Positions 12,654 to 26,600 of a DNA stretch of 64,000 nucleotides are shown here, one piece after another. The notes under the pieces were generated by a model. The model saw nothing but the letters and a program-made list of their open reading frames with translations. It ran no database searches and had not been told where the DNA came from. Each line of letters starts with the position of its first letter. Position 1 is the first letter of the stretch. The stretch spans positions 1,194,537 through 1,258,536 of the forward strand of contig CM119269.1 of NCBI GenBank assembly GCA_051294375.1. The letters are read 5' to 3'. Source of the stretch: Paraspadella gotoi. Taxonomy: Eukaryota > Animalia > Chaetognatha. The position numbers were made by a program, and so were the translations under genes.

Positions 12654-15051
12654 AAAGTCGGCGTCCTCCGGAAAAAAAATTGTTTCGTGAACAAAAGAAC
12701 AACGAGTTGGGAAAAAGGAGCAGAAGGCGGAGAAGGCAGTGGAGCCAAGGAAGACGGTCCTCGGATTCGGCGTCTCTTGGTTTTTCATTCATTTTGTTCA
12801 GTACTTGAAATCGCTTCCAAATTAGGATCTCTTACCCAACTGGAAATTTTTCTAAAATTCANNNNNNNNNNNNNNNNNNNNNNNNNNNNNNNNNNNNNNN
12901 NNNNNNNNNNNNNNNNNNNNNNNNNNNNNNNNNNNNNNNNNNNNNNNNNNNNNNNNNNNNNNNNNNNNNNNNNNNNNNNNNNNNNNNNNNNNNNNNNNNN
13001 NNNNNNNNNNNNNNNNNNNNNNNNNNNNNNNNNNNNNNNNNNNNNNNNNNNNNNNNNNNNNNNNNNNNNNNNNNNNNNNNNNNNNNNNNNNNNNNNNNNN
13101 NNNNNNNNNNNNNNNNNNNNNNNNNNNNNNNNNNNNNNNNNNNNNNNNNNNNNNNNNNNNNNNNNNNNNNNNNNNNNNNNNNNNNNNNNNNNNNNNNNNN
13201 NNNNNNNNNNNNNNNNNNNNNNNNNNNNNNNNNNNNNNNNNNNNNNNNNNNNNNNNNNNNNNNNNNNNNNNNNNNNNNNNNNNATAGGTGAATATTTGTT
13301 GGCGCGTTTGCTTGGTATCTCTGAAGGCGGCGTTGGGGATCCTCAGCGGCGCATCCTCAATGGAGTCAAGGTTCGCAAAAGCTCAAAGTGAGGAAATGGG
13401 ATGATTCGACAGGAGGAGAGTAAAATGGAAGAATTTGAGACAAATTTATTTGAGTAGTCCGTATCATATTTTTGTTCGACAAATTAATATAACAAACTCT
13501 GTAACGTAGACAAACAAGACTCGTATTTTCTTTCCTTCTTCGTGGCAAAAAAAAAGGAGCGAGTTCTGTTGGAGAATCGATTTATGATGCAAATGCTGAG
13601 ACTCATGGAGAAACCGCTATTTTTTTTCGCCTCTTTGGCACAAGGATTCGGCAAGACTGGTTAGTGAGGAAATAACACTTTACTGNNNNNNNNNNNNNNN
13701 NNNNNNNNNNNNNNNNNNNNNNNNNNNNNNNNNNNNNNNNNNNNNNNNNNNNNNNNNNNNNNNNNNNNNNNNNNNNNNNNNNNNNNNNNNNNNNNNNNNN
13801 NNNNNNNNNNNNNNNNNNNNNNNNNNNNNNNNNNNNNNNNNNNNNNNNNNNNNNNNNNNNNNNNNNNNNNNNNNNNNNNNNNNNNNNNNNNNNNTGACTT
13901 TTTTCAGAACTTTCTTCAGAGATCAATTTGCGCAAATTAAAAGTCAAGTTATATATTTCCCTCGATGTGCCCCTTCAACCCTGAACTTTTTCCCCCGAAC
14001 ACGGAAAGAAAAAAAAACCTTTTAAAGTCGACCTTCAGAATTTCTCGTCATTACAACGAATCGAGTTTTTTTAATGCAAAAAGTTGTTGTTGTTGTTGTT
14101 GCGATAATCTTTTATGATCAATCTAGAATGCTAAAATTTGAAGAAATATACTAAAAAAGGAACCAAGAAATTGATGATTAAGAAAACGTCGAATTTGGGA
14201 TCAAGTGCAGTATTTTTTTTCTTTTATAGAAAACCAATATTTAACCAATAAAAGAAAAAAAAATACTGCACTTGATCCCAAATTCGACGTTTTCTTAATC
14301 ATAAATTAAACAGTGCATGTGATGACTCTACGAACCAAGAAATTATTTGTAACTTTAGGATTATTACGATTACAACTGTATTCCCTATCAGTTATGCCGA
14401 TTATAATTTGCTCCTCTTAATCTTTGGGTGAGAGACGGATTTCGTAGATTTCGCAGTATCGTCGTCAAATTCTGTCAGATGCCGACTAAAGTCAACGTCG
14501 GCATCAAATGCCGATCAGGGCATCAAATGCCGATGTAGCTGAGCGAATGTTTCCGCATCAGATGTCGATGTAAAAGGCTGATCTCTCAGCATGAAACTCA
14601 AAACGCAGCGTGANNNNNNNNNNNNNNNNNNNNNNNNNNNNNNNNNNNNNNNNNNNNNNNNNNNNNNNNNNNNNNNNNNNNNNNNNNNNNNNNNNNNNNN
14701 NNNNNNNNNNNNNNNNNNNNNNNNNNNNNNNNNNNNNNNNNNNNNNNNNNNNNNNNNNNNNNNNNNNNNNNNNNATATTCAGCCCACTTTTTTTTCGCGA
14801 AGGGAGTCTAGTGCCTGACTAATCCCCTTCCAAATGTGTAACGCGTCGAGAAAGGGTTTCACGTGATGTGTTTACGATGCGGATGTTGAACGTCTCCGTA
14901 GTCGTCATCGTCATCTTTGTCGGCATCGTTGTGTCATCTTCATCGTTGTGTCATCTTTGTTGTCTTCGTCATGATCGTCATCCTTTTCGTCGTTGTTGTT
15001 ATTATATTTTTCGTCGTCTTCCTCTTCTTCTTCGTCCTCATTGTCGTCGTT

Positions 15052-15090
<39 letters not shown>

Positions 15091-17504
15091 CGCGGTCAAC
15101 CACCGTCTCCGCGAATTCATCAACGTTGACCTCAACATCAAATTCTGCGCCTCCTCGATATTTTTCGCGACCGGGACGTCTGCTTTCTCTCGAGCGAAAC
15201 AAGTGTTTTTTTTTAAAAAGGGGAAAATGAATGAATTACAACAAATATTTTAGATTATTTACTTCTGTGCATGCTTCATTACAGGTTTTAAACATTTTGT
15301 CGTTATTCGGGGATGTTATTTTTATTCTTGTAGTAATTAAAAAAAATTATTGAAAAAAGTTTATAGTTGCTATTTAAAATAAAAAAAAATTGTTATCAAG
15401 TAAAAAAAATATACAGGGATTACTGTAAGTCTGTAGAGCGTAAAATCCTTTCAGTGTTTTAATCTTTCGGTTCCTCATTTCGCTTTTTTTACCTTTCAAC
15501 CAGCTCCAACCTACGTTTAAAGCCACCAGCAGCCCACCATAAAAGTGAAACAAACCCAAAAACCATTTAAAACCACCACCGAAAGAAGAGAAAAGTGCAA
15601 CTTTAAAAAGCAAGCCAAGTAATAATATTCTCCCTTCGTTCGGACCCTTTTTCATCCTTCACTCGATTTTGTTCTTTTCTTTGTTATACTTGTGAGTATC
15701 TCCTAAGATTCACTCGCGATTCACCTCGTTTTCCTTAATGATATAGCAATATAGAAGTTTTTCCTTCTTTGCTTCGTTTTTAGCTTATCTCGACCAACTT
15801 ATGGGTGTCGGGGGTTAAGAAAAGGTAAAATTAATTAATAACGAATAAAAAATATGAAAAGAAAAAAACATTTTTTTGAGGGCGGACGGGTGCATATAAC
15901 AGAAACACACAGAAGCTGCCAGCGCAGATAATCTCTCGATCAACTAATATCAGTGCTCGATTCTCCGTTAGGATTTTAATCCACCTTTTAGGTGAGAACT
16001 ATTAGAGTATCTTATTTGTGAGATCGATTGACTACGGGAAACTGAGGAAGTAACGTATTCTAGTATGTGCATAGCGATTAAACTGTGGTGAGGTGTGTCT
16101 GCGAAAATTTGTTATTCTCGTTTGAGATCTATCTCTCCAACTCTATTAAACTCTAACGACTCTTCATCTGTATTCACAATTCCTTCTCTATTTATTATCC
16201 TCTTTGATCTAAACTTCCCCATCAAAATTGAATATACTTACCTCTTTTTTACTCTCTTCGTATCGCTCTCTCTTCTCATTCTTTCTGAGATCTCATACTC
16301 ACTCTCTCTTCTTCTCTTCTATTCTTCCTCTCTCTTTTCGCATCTTCTCTCTCTCTCTCCTCAATCTCTCGTGCTCAGCATAATATCACCTCTCTCTCGT
16401 CTATTTTTTACCTGGCTTAATTCTACTTTCTTCTTTTCTCGCTCTCCTTCTTTTTATCAGTCAACCTCTTTTCGTTCATCTTTTCGCTACTCTCCCATAT
16501 CTTCCTACTCATTTCGCTTGCTCCCGCAGCTCCTTGCTATCTATCGACATCATACCATCAACTATGTTTGTCTGTCTCTCTGTCGACTGTCTAACTCTCG
16601 GACCCGAATAACATCCGCGATACACAGACTCCGCGCTCTTACTCGTCTTATGCTATTCACACCCTCTTTGCCTCGTGTATCAGTCCGCGACGCGCAAGAA
16701 ACCGATAGTCCACGCCATAGCGGAATCTTGGGTTGAACTCTCATATCTTATAGAAAGCACTAGTGAAGTATGGGGCAAAGTCTTATAAGAGATACTCTTT
16801 TAAGAAAAGATGGAGATTTCTATTAGGTATGTCAGAAGTGAGCATATATAGATAGTTGGATTAATAGGGACACAAAAAATTTAGAAAAAAGAAAATCCAA
16901 TTATAATACTCTTTCGGGTGTACCTACGTAATATAATCTCCAAGTAGAGCTCTTTTACTCTTAAATAAGTAGACTACAGTCGATTATTTACACTCTCTAG
17001 TAATCATGATTGGTTTATACATTTGAGTTATGTACGTAATGTAATAAAACTAAGGGTTAATTAGTTATAACTACTCTCGTTTATTTGTAATTGAAATGCA
17101 TACAATATCGCAATAGTTATAAGATAAAGACACGAATAAAACTCGGAGATTGAATCCAGATGTGTAGTCATTGATGGCATTGCGGATGAATGTGTCTCTC
17201 GCAGACTCGTACTGAATTCTCATGCTCAGTCGACAATGACTCGATTGCATGAATGGAGGAATATGATAAAACAATTTCGTGATTTATTGTAATATCTGAA
17301 TACATATAAAGCTTGGAAATGATGTAGAGAGATCTTGTAGGTACGAGGCAGAGATTAGTACTGTGTCTTCTGTGATAGTCAGTGTTTGTCTATTTTGCCA
17401 GACGATGTTTTGCAATTGCTTTAGCTTTTGTAGATATGTATTTAGATTAAAAATCGCGTGTACTGTCTACTCGAGATGTGAGAGCCATCTGCATCTGCAT
17501 CGTA

Positions 17505-17535
<31 letters not shown>

Positions 17536-19412
17536 CTCTCTCGTTCTATTCTCTTGCTCTCTATCTCTCCTCTGCGGCCACCCATAATCGCCTCCTTTTC
17601 CGTATATTCTCTAGTGACGATCTGTACTCTCTGCTATCCCCTTATTTAATCTCCCTAAATGATTTCTTCTTAGGATTTTTCGTTTGGTTTATTTTGAATA
17701 AATTTTGTCACTTCTTTTGTTCGTCTGACCAACGAGCAAGCGCAGCCTGACTGGCAGAGTTGAGAAAGCAATTTTAAATCTCTCGTAGAGTAAGGAGAAG
17801 AGATGAGGATGGAGGATAGGAAGAGAGGAAGGATGAGCTGTGGGGTTAAAATAGGAGAAGGATCTGGGAAGAAAACAGAATTACATTGTGGAAGTAGAAG
17901 CGATAGAGAGATGAAGACCGGAGAAGAAGAGAATATTAATATTTGCTGTTATTGGAGGCAGATGAGATGGTGAGGGAGAGGAAGAAGAAGTAGCAACTGT
18001 CGAATTTTGCCAGTCTCGCTTCTCTTTAACGTGCGATGACGCCGCCGCGATCCGATAAGAGAGAAGAGAGAGAAGACTGAGGAGAGAAGAAAGAGAGAGA
18101 GGGCGGAGAAGTCTTTTATCCGTGAGAGAGATGGAAGACTGAGAAGAAATGAGAAGATTGAGTAAAATGATAGATTTTAAAAAAGAACGCAATTGATTTA
18201 ACGAGGACGCTAATTCTCTAGCATATAATCTCACATTGATTCAAGAATTAATAGACAAGATCGAATTTTAGTATGACTATCGAGAAGAGAAGAGAAGAGA
18301 AGAGAAGAGATCGATGCAAGAGGAAGGGTAGAACTCGGAGCTACGAGCGAAGATCACATGAGCGTCAGAAAAGCACAACGCGCAAACGATCGCGAAGGAT
18401 ACTCTATATATGAGCAGTACGGGAATAGAGAGAGAAGAGACGATAGTAGTACGCGTATGAGGATTATACTCAGGAAAAGACGGGAGAATAAGGACAAGAC
18501 AAGAACAGAGCGCTCAAGACAACAGACAGAAAGAACGACAAGAAACAGAGTCGACGGAGCGTACAGGGAACGAGAACAAGATACAAGCAACGAAACGACG
18601 AACTCGAACTCGAGCAGAACACGAACGCAACGAAGAGATAAGCAAAGAAACATCAGGGACAGACATCGACATTTGAAGAGAAATCAGAAAAACAGCAAGA
18701 TACATATTGTATATTCTTATACACTCTTTTGGTACTCGCAAAATGTTTGATACCTGTTGCGTGCTAGTTTAACTCTCAATCTTCAAAGTCCAAGAAAGAA
18801 TAGAACAGAAGAAACAAATCGAACCAATACATTATATGTTAAATTAGGCAAGGAAATATGCAGCGGAGGCCGACTACAGAAAAAACACGTAGACGCTGGA
18901 CGCAGTGAAAGATATTCACGTCGTGTTGATCGTGACTTCAGAGATTCTTGAGTGAATTCATGTGTGGCGGTGTCAATATTTCGCGGTGAAGAGCGACTGG
19001 AGAAGCGAGAAGTAAAAGATTACGAGAGCTGCTAGCTCCGGGATCGACTGAATGCGAGCAAGTTTAAAAACAAAGAGAATAGGCAAATCGCGAGAAATGA
19101 GAGTGCGGTCTGACAGAAGAGAGAGGGAGAGGAAGAGAGAAGATGAGAGAGAGAGAGAGAGAGAGAGAGGAGATGGATGCGAGAGAGGGAGAGAAGATGA
19201 GAGCGAAGGATGAAGAGGAGGAAATAGAAGAGGAGGAGAGGAAAATGAAAGGTGAGGTGGCCTGCAGGTCNNNNNNNNNNNNNNNNNNNNNNNNNTCAGA
19301 CGCACAGACGAACTCTCTCTATCTCTTTCATCTTTGGACTTTGGCGTGAGAGTTTTGCTGCAAAGGTCAAATCGCGGAAAAATATGACGCGTCGTTTGCG
19401 TCGTCCTTCTCT

Positions 19413-19460
<48 letters not shown>

Positions 19461-20105
19461 GCTTCCTTTCTATTCGCCCCTGACAAGCGAAAGCCTCTCT
19501 CCCGGAGCAAGAGACGGCGTGGCNNNNNNNNNNNNNNNNNNNNNNNNNNNNNNNNNNNNNNNNNNNNNNNNNNNNNNNNNNNNNNNNNNNNNNNNNNNNN
19601 NNNNNNNNNNNNNNNNNNNNNNNNNNNNNNNNNNNNNNNNNNNNNNNNNNNNNNNTCGCTTTAGTTCAGAAACAAAAAGAATTGTAATGCCGACGAGATG
19701 TGACTGAGCATGAGAATTGAGAAGCGAGACAAGCGAGACAAGCTACATGATCAATCCGTTTTCTGCGATGGTATACAATATAAAACAATTTTCTTTTAAT
19801 TAGTTAGATACGTAAATACCGTAAAAATGGCTGTTCCATTATTTTAGTCTCAGTCTAATAGATACAGTATTATAATTTTGCCTTTAATCAACACTTCGAT
19901 AAACCTTCCTCCCTGGCTTCTAAAAGAGACGCAAACTTTGCAACAATGTTCGAAAGTGTCAACCCATTCCGCTCTCCGGTTTTCGTCGTGGATTTCGAAA
20001 GTGTCAACCCATTCCGCTTTCCGGTTTTCGTCGTTGACTTCGACGACAACATGTTTGTTGTCATCATCGACTCACAACAAATATTATTACGAAAATAACA
20101 AAAAT
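10699..20105 (-). repeat. Arm 2 of inverted duplication I, interrupted by ~4.1 kb of arm-specific sequence (15190-19295)
   Basis: Reverse complement of 2820-8376. Several N runs fall where arm 1 has GA/CT tracts (e.g. 13686-13894, 14614-14774). Confidence 0.93.
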
Positions 20106-21104
20106 TTAAAAAAAAAACGAAAAAAAATGATTCCCTACAAATACGTTTTCTCAAAATGGATCAAAGAATAAAAAAAATCTTTCTCAAAATAACGACGATA
20201 AAAAGTAAAAATTGTATCAATTTGATGGGGAAGTTTATTCAAGATAATCATAAGGTTTAATCATAATCTTAGAGTTTAATTAAATCGAAACAATCAGGAG
20301 AAACTCAAGTTTATCGTCTAGAATAGAGACGTTACTCTCTCGTAGACGATTTCCAAATGATATTATGTAGGGCGCTGATGAGAGAGGGCGCAGCGGGCGT
20401 TCCCCGTCGCCCTCATCCCGACCCCAGTTGGGAGATAAGCTAAAGAAGAAAAAAAATCAATGCATATCAAGTAAAGTGAATCGAGTGAATCTTCAAATCT
20501 CCTTACAAAGAAAGAAATGTGAAAAAAAAGGTCGAAGCGAAGGAAATTTTTTCTTCTTTTTTCTTTTCTTTTTTTTCCCTCCATTTTGTTTTACTTATTT
20601 TATCTCCGAGACATTTTTTTCTTCTTTCCTCGTCTTTCATAAGGATTGGCTATACTTTTTTTTATTATGAAAATGTAATTACCTAGGAGCGATATCGATT
20701 TCAAAATTGTTGCAGGTTTCGCCAGAAACAAATGCGGAATGGAATATTTTTTTCAGTATCTGGAAAAACAATTTATTTCTCTTTCCCGTTCGCTTATAGG
20801 TAGAGAGAAACGGTGAATAATTAAATTTTAGTACAACGTATGAAGATGAAAAATTTACAGTAAGGATAAACATTTATATTCAAGATTCAATATTCAGTAA
20901 AAGTTCATCATAAATACAATTTTTTCTATTCTTTTTATCTTTTTTCTGTCTGTCTGTCTTTCTCTCTTTTCTCTCTCTCTCTCTCTTCTTCTCTCTCTCT
21001 ATATCTCTCAGTTTTTCTGACTTCATCATTTTAGATTTTTGCGTCATCGTTTTCTTAAAATCGTAGAGCATGATCATCCTCAAACATCTTCATCATCATC
21101 ATCA

Positions 21105-21135
<31 letters not shown>

Positions 21136-21524
21136 CCATGTAACATCATCATCATCATCAGACGACCATTATCTTCTAATTATGTTCTTATCACAAATTT
21201 TCATCGTTTTTATCAAAACATACAGCCTCTCATAATTTTATTTTTTATTACTGATACGGGCGGAGCCGCTTCGCCATTGTCTGTATTTAAAATCGAAATT
21301 AAAACTACTAATAGTATTTTAAATATTAGATTTCTTTATGATTAAGGAAGTCTTCTTTAAACTTCTTTAATTCAAATTATTATTAAAAAAATGGAGAATT
21401 TTTTTTAAGATAAGGATTTTTAATTAATTGATAGGTCCTTGTATTATTTTATAAAATTTGGGTTTTAAAATAAACAAAACTTACAACTTTCAAGACAAAA
21501 AGTTTCAGTTTAATTTTTCCCTAA

Positions 21525-21620
<96 letters not shown>

Positions 21621-22359
21621 TCTTCTCTCCTCTCTCTTTCTTCTCTCCTTTCTTCTTCAGTTCGATTTTTTTTTTTTTGTCTTTCCTTTTCTTTCCTCAT
21701 TTTCTATTTTTTTCCCCTCGGAGACTTTTTTTCTTTTGTTTTCGAAACACGAAAGTAAATCTTATTGTTTAATCCGAGAGAAAAAAAACTTGTCTCGCTT
21801 AAATATTTCTTATAAATCCATTCCCCCCTTTTCGATCTCTCTCTCTCAATACATACTCTTCCTTGTTTTTAATTTTTTTTTAATTATTTTATTTCTCTAA
21901 TTCCATCTTCCCCTCACCTCTTCCTTTCCACATTCCCCATCCCCCCGACACCCCCTTCACCGTAACCCCCTTTTCTCCCACTTTACCTTCCCCCACCCCA
22001 CCGCTCTCTCTCTCTCCCGCTCGTCTCGATATTCCTTCCAAAACTCTTTTATCTTCGCCGACGCCTCGTCTCTCTGTTTCTTTCTTCCGCCGTCAGAGGC
22101 GAGTAGAGCGCTGCACGATATGATAAATCGCCAGACGCAATAACCGAGCGACATTTAGCAACTCGTTCGTCGCCCCACCTGCGGAGAGAGAAGAGAATGC
22201 GGTGGGGGAGAGAGGGAGGGGAGAGAGGGAGAGGGAGAGGAGGAGAAGAGAGAGGAAGGGAGAGAGGGGGAAGAATAGGGAGAAGAGTTGAAGGCCGGTG
22301 GGTAATTTTAGAAAGGAGAACTAAAAAAAAAATGGAGGAAGCAATTTAAAAAAAAAAAA

Positions 22360-22660
22360 CAAGAACGTATTTCCAATGTGTGCGCCGTAGTGACTTTATT
22401 TTTACATGCATTTCCATTTGATCACATGATATGACAATGACATGACATGACTAAAAACTTTCTTAACGTGTATTTATAACATGCGCTGCATCAAAATTCC
22501 GTATTTTATTCATTATAGTTTTAGTTTTTTTCTGTCTTAACAAATGAGCAACTAAGTCTATAAGCAAATCATATGCATTTTTTAATGTACGTGGGACAGA
22601 CCGACCGACCGAGAAGTACTTATAGAGTTCTACGCGAGTACTCGCCGGCGCACTAAAAAG
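22360..22660 (-). mobile_element. Short Helentron/DINE-like element, same family as 7305-7832; mirror copy ~51565-51875 (+)
   Basis: Minus strand reads ttttagtgcgcc..gcgagtactcgc..ctctataag..ggtcggtcggtc..aaaatgcatatgatttgc..taagacagaaaaaa, homologous to the 7.3-7.8 kb copy. Confidence 0.6.
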
Positions 22661-22922
22661 ATAACAATACGTACAGGTGCGCGTTACAAAAAAGAAATCG
22701 TAAAACATGAAGCAAATTAAGAGAATGAAAATATTCGGAAAATAATAATATTAAATAGTATGAGGATTTAAAAAGGAGTGAAAAACACGAAACAATAAAA
22801 GGCGAAAAAATTGGCAAACATAATGATATGTGTCGAATTCAAAATTTTCAATTAAAGAGATTTAAGAGATACGGGCGTTGGTTTGCTGAAACTTGACAAA
22901 CTAAGCAAAAGAAATTTAAATA

Positions 22923-22973
22923 TATCATCTAAGGTTCTTTATCATCTAAGGTTCTTTATCATCTAAGGTTCTT
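22923..22973. repeat. 17-bp tandem repeat x3
   Basis: tatcatctaaggttctt repeated; mirror at ~51250-51298. Confidence 0.85.
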
Positions 22974-23454
22974 TCTCCCCAGATATTTTCAAATGCAGCG
23001 CAGAAAGAGGTAAACGTTCGGGTAAGAAAAAACGCCCTCAAAAAAAAGCCGAGAACTAAAAACAAAGGAAACAAATGAAGAAAAATGAAAAAAAAACACA
23101 ATAGAAATAAGAAAAAAAAAACTGAAAAAAGATGACGCGGATAAGAAATGAAAGAAAAGAAGGACTCGAGTCCCGCGGGACGGACAGACGGACCGACGGA
23201 GACCGTACGGATCAAAATGGACTGGAGACGGACTCGGGAGAAAAGGATACGGACAGGGAGACAGATCAAGCGCGCGGACTGTCAGGAATGAAAAATTAAG
23301 TAAATACGATTAACCAAAACAAATAATCACGAAGAATAATGAGGGACTTGAAACTGGCAACAGGGAAGGAAAAATAAAAAAGTGAAAATAAAGAAAGGAA
23401 TGAAAAGAAAAGGAAAGAAATAGAAAATGAGATGAAAGGAAAACAGAGAGGTAA

Positions 23455-23565
23455 TGAGAAAAAGAAAAAAAAAAGAAAAGAAAAGAAAAGAAAAGAAAAG
23501 AAAAGAAAAGAAAAGAAAGAAGAAAAGAAAAGAAAAGAAAAGAAAAGAAAAGAAAAGAAAAGAAT
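23455..23565. repeat. (AAAAG)n pentanucleotide microsatellite; mirror ~50655-50745
   Basis: Seen directly. Confidence 0.9.
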
Positions 23566-23684
23566 ATAAAAATTAAGAAACTAAACCGAAAAGGAAAAAA
23601 AGAGAGAGGGTAATGAGAAAAAAACAACAACAGAGAAATAAAACAAAGTAAAAAAAAAAGAAAAAAAATACATTTCCCCCCCCC

Positions 23685-26600
23685 CACTATGAAGCCATAG
23701 TAAAGGTGGACAGCAGAAAATTTCATACAGCCTCGCTACCACCTGTAACCACTACACTATGAAGCCATAGTAAGGTGACAGCAGAAAATTTCATTACAGC
23801 CTCGCTACCCACCTGTAACACTACACTATGAAGCAATAGTAAGGTGGACAGCAGAAAATTTTAATACAGCCTCGCTACCCCTGTAACCACTACACTATGA
23901 AGCCATAGTAAGGTGGACAGCAGAAAATTTCATACAGCTCGCTACCCACCTGTAACACTACACTATGAAGCATAGTAGGTGGACAGCAAGAAAATTTTCA
24001 TACAGCCTCGCTACCCACCTGTAACCACTACACTATGCCATAGTAAGGTGGACAGCAAGAAAATTTTCATACAGCCTCGCTACCCACCTGTAACACTACA
24101 CTAATGAAGCCATAGTAAGGTGGACAGCAGAAAATTTCATACAGCCTCGCTACCCACCTGTAACCACTACACTATGAAGCCATAGTAAGTGGACAGCAGA
24201 AAATTTCATAAGCCTCGCTACCCACCTGTAACCACTACACTATGAAGCCATATAAGGTGGACAGAGAAAATTTCATACAGCCTCGCTCCCACCTGTACCA
24301 CTACACTATGAAGCCATATAAGGTGGACAGCAGAAAATTTCATACAGCCTCGCTACCCACCTGTAACCACACACTATGAAGCCATAGTAAAGGTGTGAAG
24401 CAGAAAATTTCATACAGCCTCGCTAACCCACCTGTAACCACTACACTATGAAGCCATAGTAAGGTGGACACAGAAAATTTCATACAGCCTCGCTACCCAC
24501 CTGTAAACCACTACACACTATGAAGCCATAGTAAGGTGGACAGCAGAAATTTCATACAGCCCTCGCTACCCACCTGTAACCACTACACTATGAAAGCCAT
24601 AGTCAAAGGTGGACAGCAGAAAATTTCATACAGCCTCGCTACCCACCTGTAACACACACTATGAAGCCATAGTAAGTGGACAGCAGAAATTTCATACAGC
24701 CTCGCTACCCACCTGTTAACCACTACACTATGAAGCCATAGTAAGGGGGACAGCAGAAAATTTCATACAGCCTCGCTACCCACCTGTAACCACTACACTA
24801 TGAAGCCATAGTAAGGTGGACAGCAGAAAATTCTACAGCCTCGCTACCCACCTGGTAACCACTCACTATGAGCCATAGTAAGGTGGACAGCAGAAAATTT
24901 CATACAGCCTCGCTACCCACCTGTACCACTACACTATGAAGCCATGTAAGGTGGACAGCAGAAAATTCATACAGCCTCGCTAACCCACCCTGTAACCACT
25001 ACACTATGAAGCCATAGTAAAGGTGGACAGCAGAAAATTTCATACAGCCTCGTACCCACCTGTAATCCACTTACACTATGAAGCCATAGTAAGGTGGACA
25101 GCAGAAAATTTCATACAGCCTCGCTACCCACCTGTAACCACTACACTATGAAGCCATAGTAAGGCTGGACAGCAGAAAATTTCATACAGCCTCGCTAACC
25201 CACCTGTAACCACTACACTATGAAGCCATAGTAAGGTGGACAGCAGAAATTTCATACAGCCTCGCTACCCCACCTGTAACCACTACACTATGAAGCCATA
25301 GTAAGGTGGACAGCAGAAAATTCATACAGCCTCGCTCCACACCTGTACCCACTCACTATGAAGCCATAGTAAGGTGGACAGCAGAAAAATTTCATACAGC
25401 CTCGCAACCCCCTGTAACCACTACCACTATGAAGCCATAGTAGGTGGACAGCAGAAAATTTCATACAGCCTCGTACCCACCTGTAAACCACTCCACTATG
25501 AAGCCATAGTAAGGTGGACAGCAGAAAAATTCATACAGCCTCGCTACCACCTGTAACCACTACACTATGAAGCCATAGTAAGGTGGACAGCAGAAAATTT
25601 CATACAGCCTCGCTACCCACCTGTAAACCACTACACTATGAAGCCATAGTAAGGTGGACAGCAGAAAATTTCATACAGCCTCGCTACCCACCTGTAACCA
25701 CTACACTATGAAGCCATAGTAAAGGTGGACAGCAGAAAATTTCATACAGCTCGCTACCCACCTGTAACCCTACACTATGAAGCCATAGTAAGGTGGACAG
25801 CAGAAAATTTCATACAGCCTCGCTACCCACTCTAACCACTACACTATGAAGCCATAGTAAGGGTGGACAGCAGAAAATTCATACAGCCCGCTACCCACCT
25901 GTAACCACTACACTATGAAGGCCATAGTAAGGTGGACAGCAGAAAATTTCATACAGCCTCGCTACCCCTGTAAACCCACTACACTAATGAAAGCCATAGT
26001 AAGGTGGACAGCAGAAAATTTCATACAGCCTCGCTACCCACCTGTAACCACTACACTATGAAGCCATAGTAGGTGGACATCAGAAAATTTCCATACAGCT
26101 CGCTACCACCTGTAACCACTACACTATGAAGCCATAGTAAGGTGGAAGCCGAAAATTTCATACAGCCTCGCTACCCACCTGTAACCACTACACTATGAAG
26201 CCATTAGTAAGGTGGACAGCAGAAAATTTCATACAGCCTCGCTACCCACCTGTAACCACTACACTTATGAAGCCATTAGTAAGGTGGACAGCAGAAAATT
26301 TCATACAGCCTCCGCTACCCACCTGTAACCACTACACTATGAAGCCATAGTAAAGGTGGACAGAAGAAAATTTTCATTAACAGCCTCGCATACCCACCTG
26401 TAACCACTACACTATGCGCATAGTAAGGTGGACAGCAGAAATTTCATACAGCCTCGCTACCCACTGTAACCACTACACTATGAAGCCATAGTAAGGTGGA
26501 CAGCAGAAAATTTCATACAGCCTCGCTACCCACCTGTAACCACTCCACTATGAAGCCATAGTAAGGTGGACAGCAGAAAATTTCATACAGCCTCGCACCC

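Noticed and set aside
17770-17890. Possible noisy inverted copy of 370-520
   Set aside because: Similarity is limited to purine-rich low-complexity sequence and cannot be distinguished from chance by eye.
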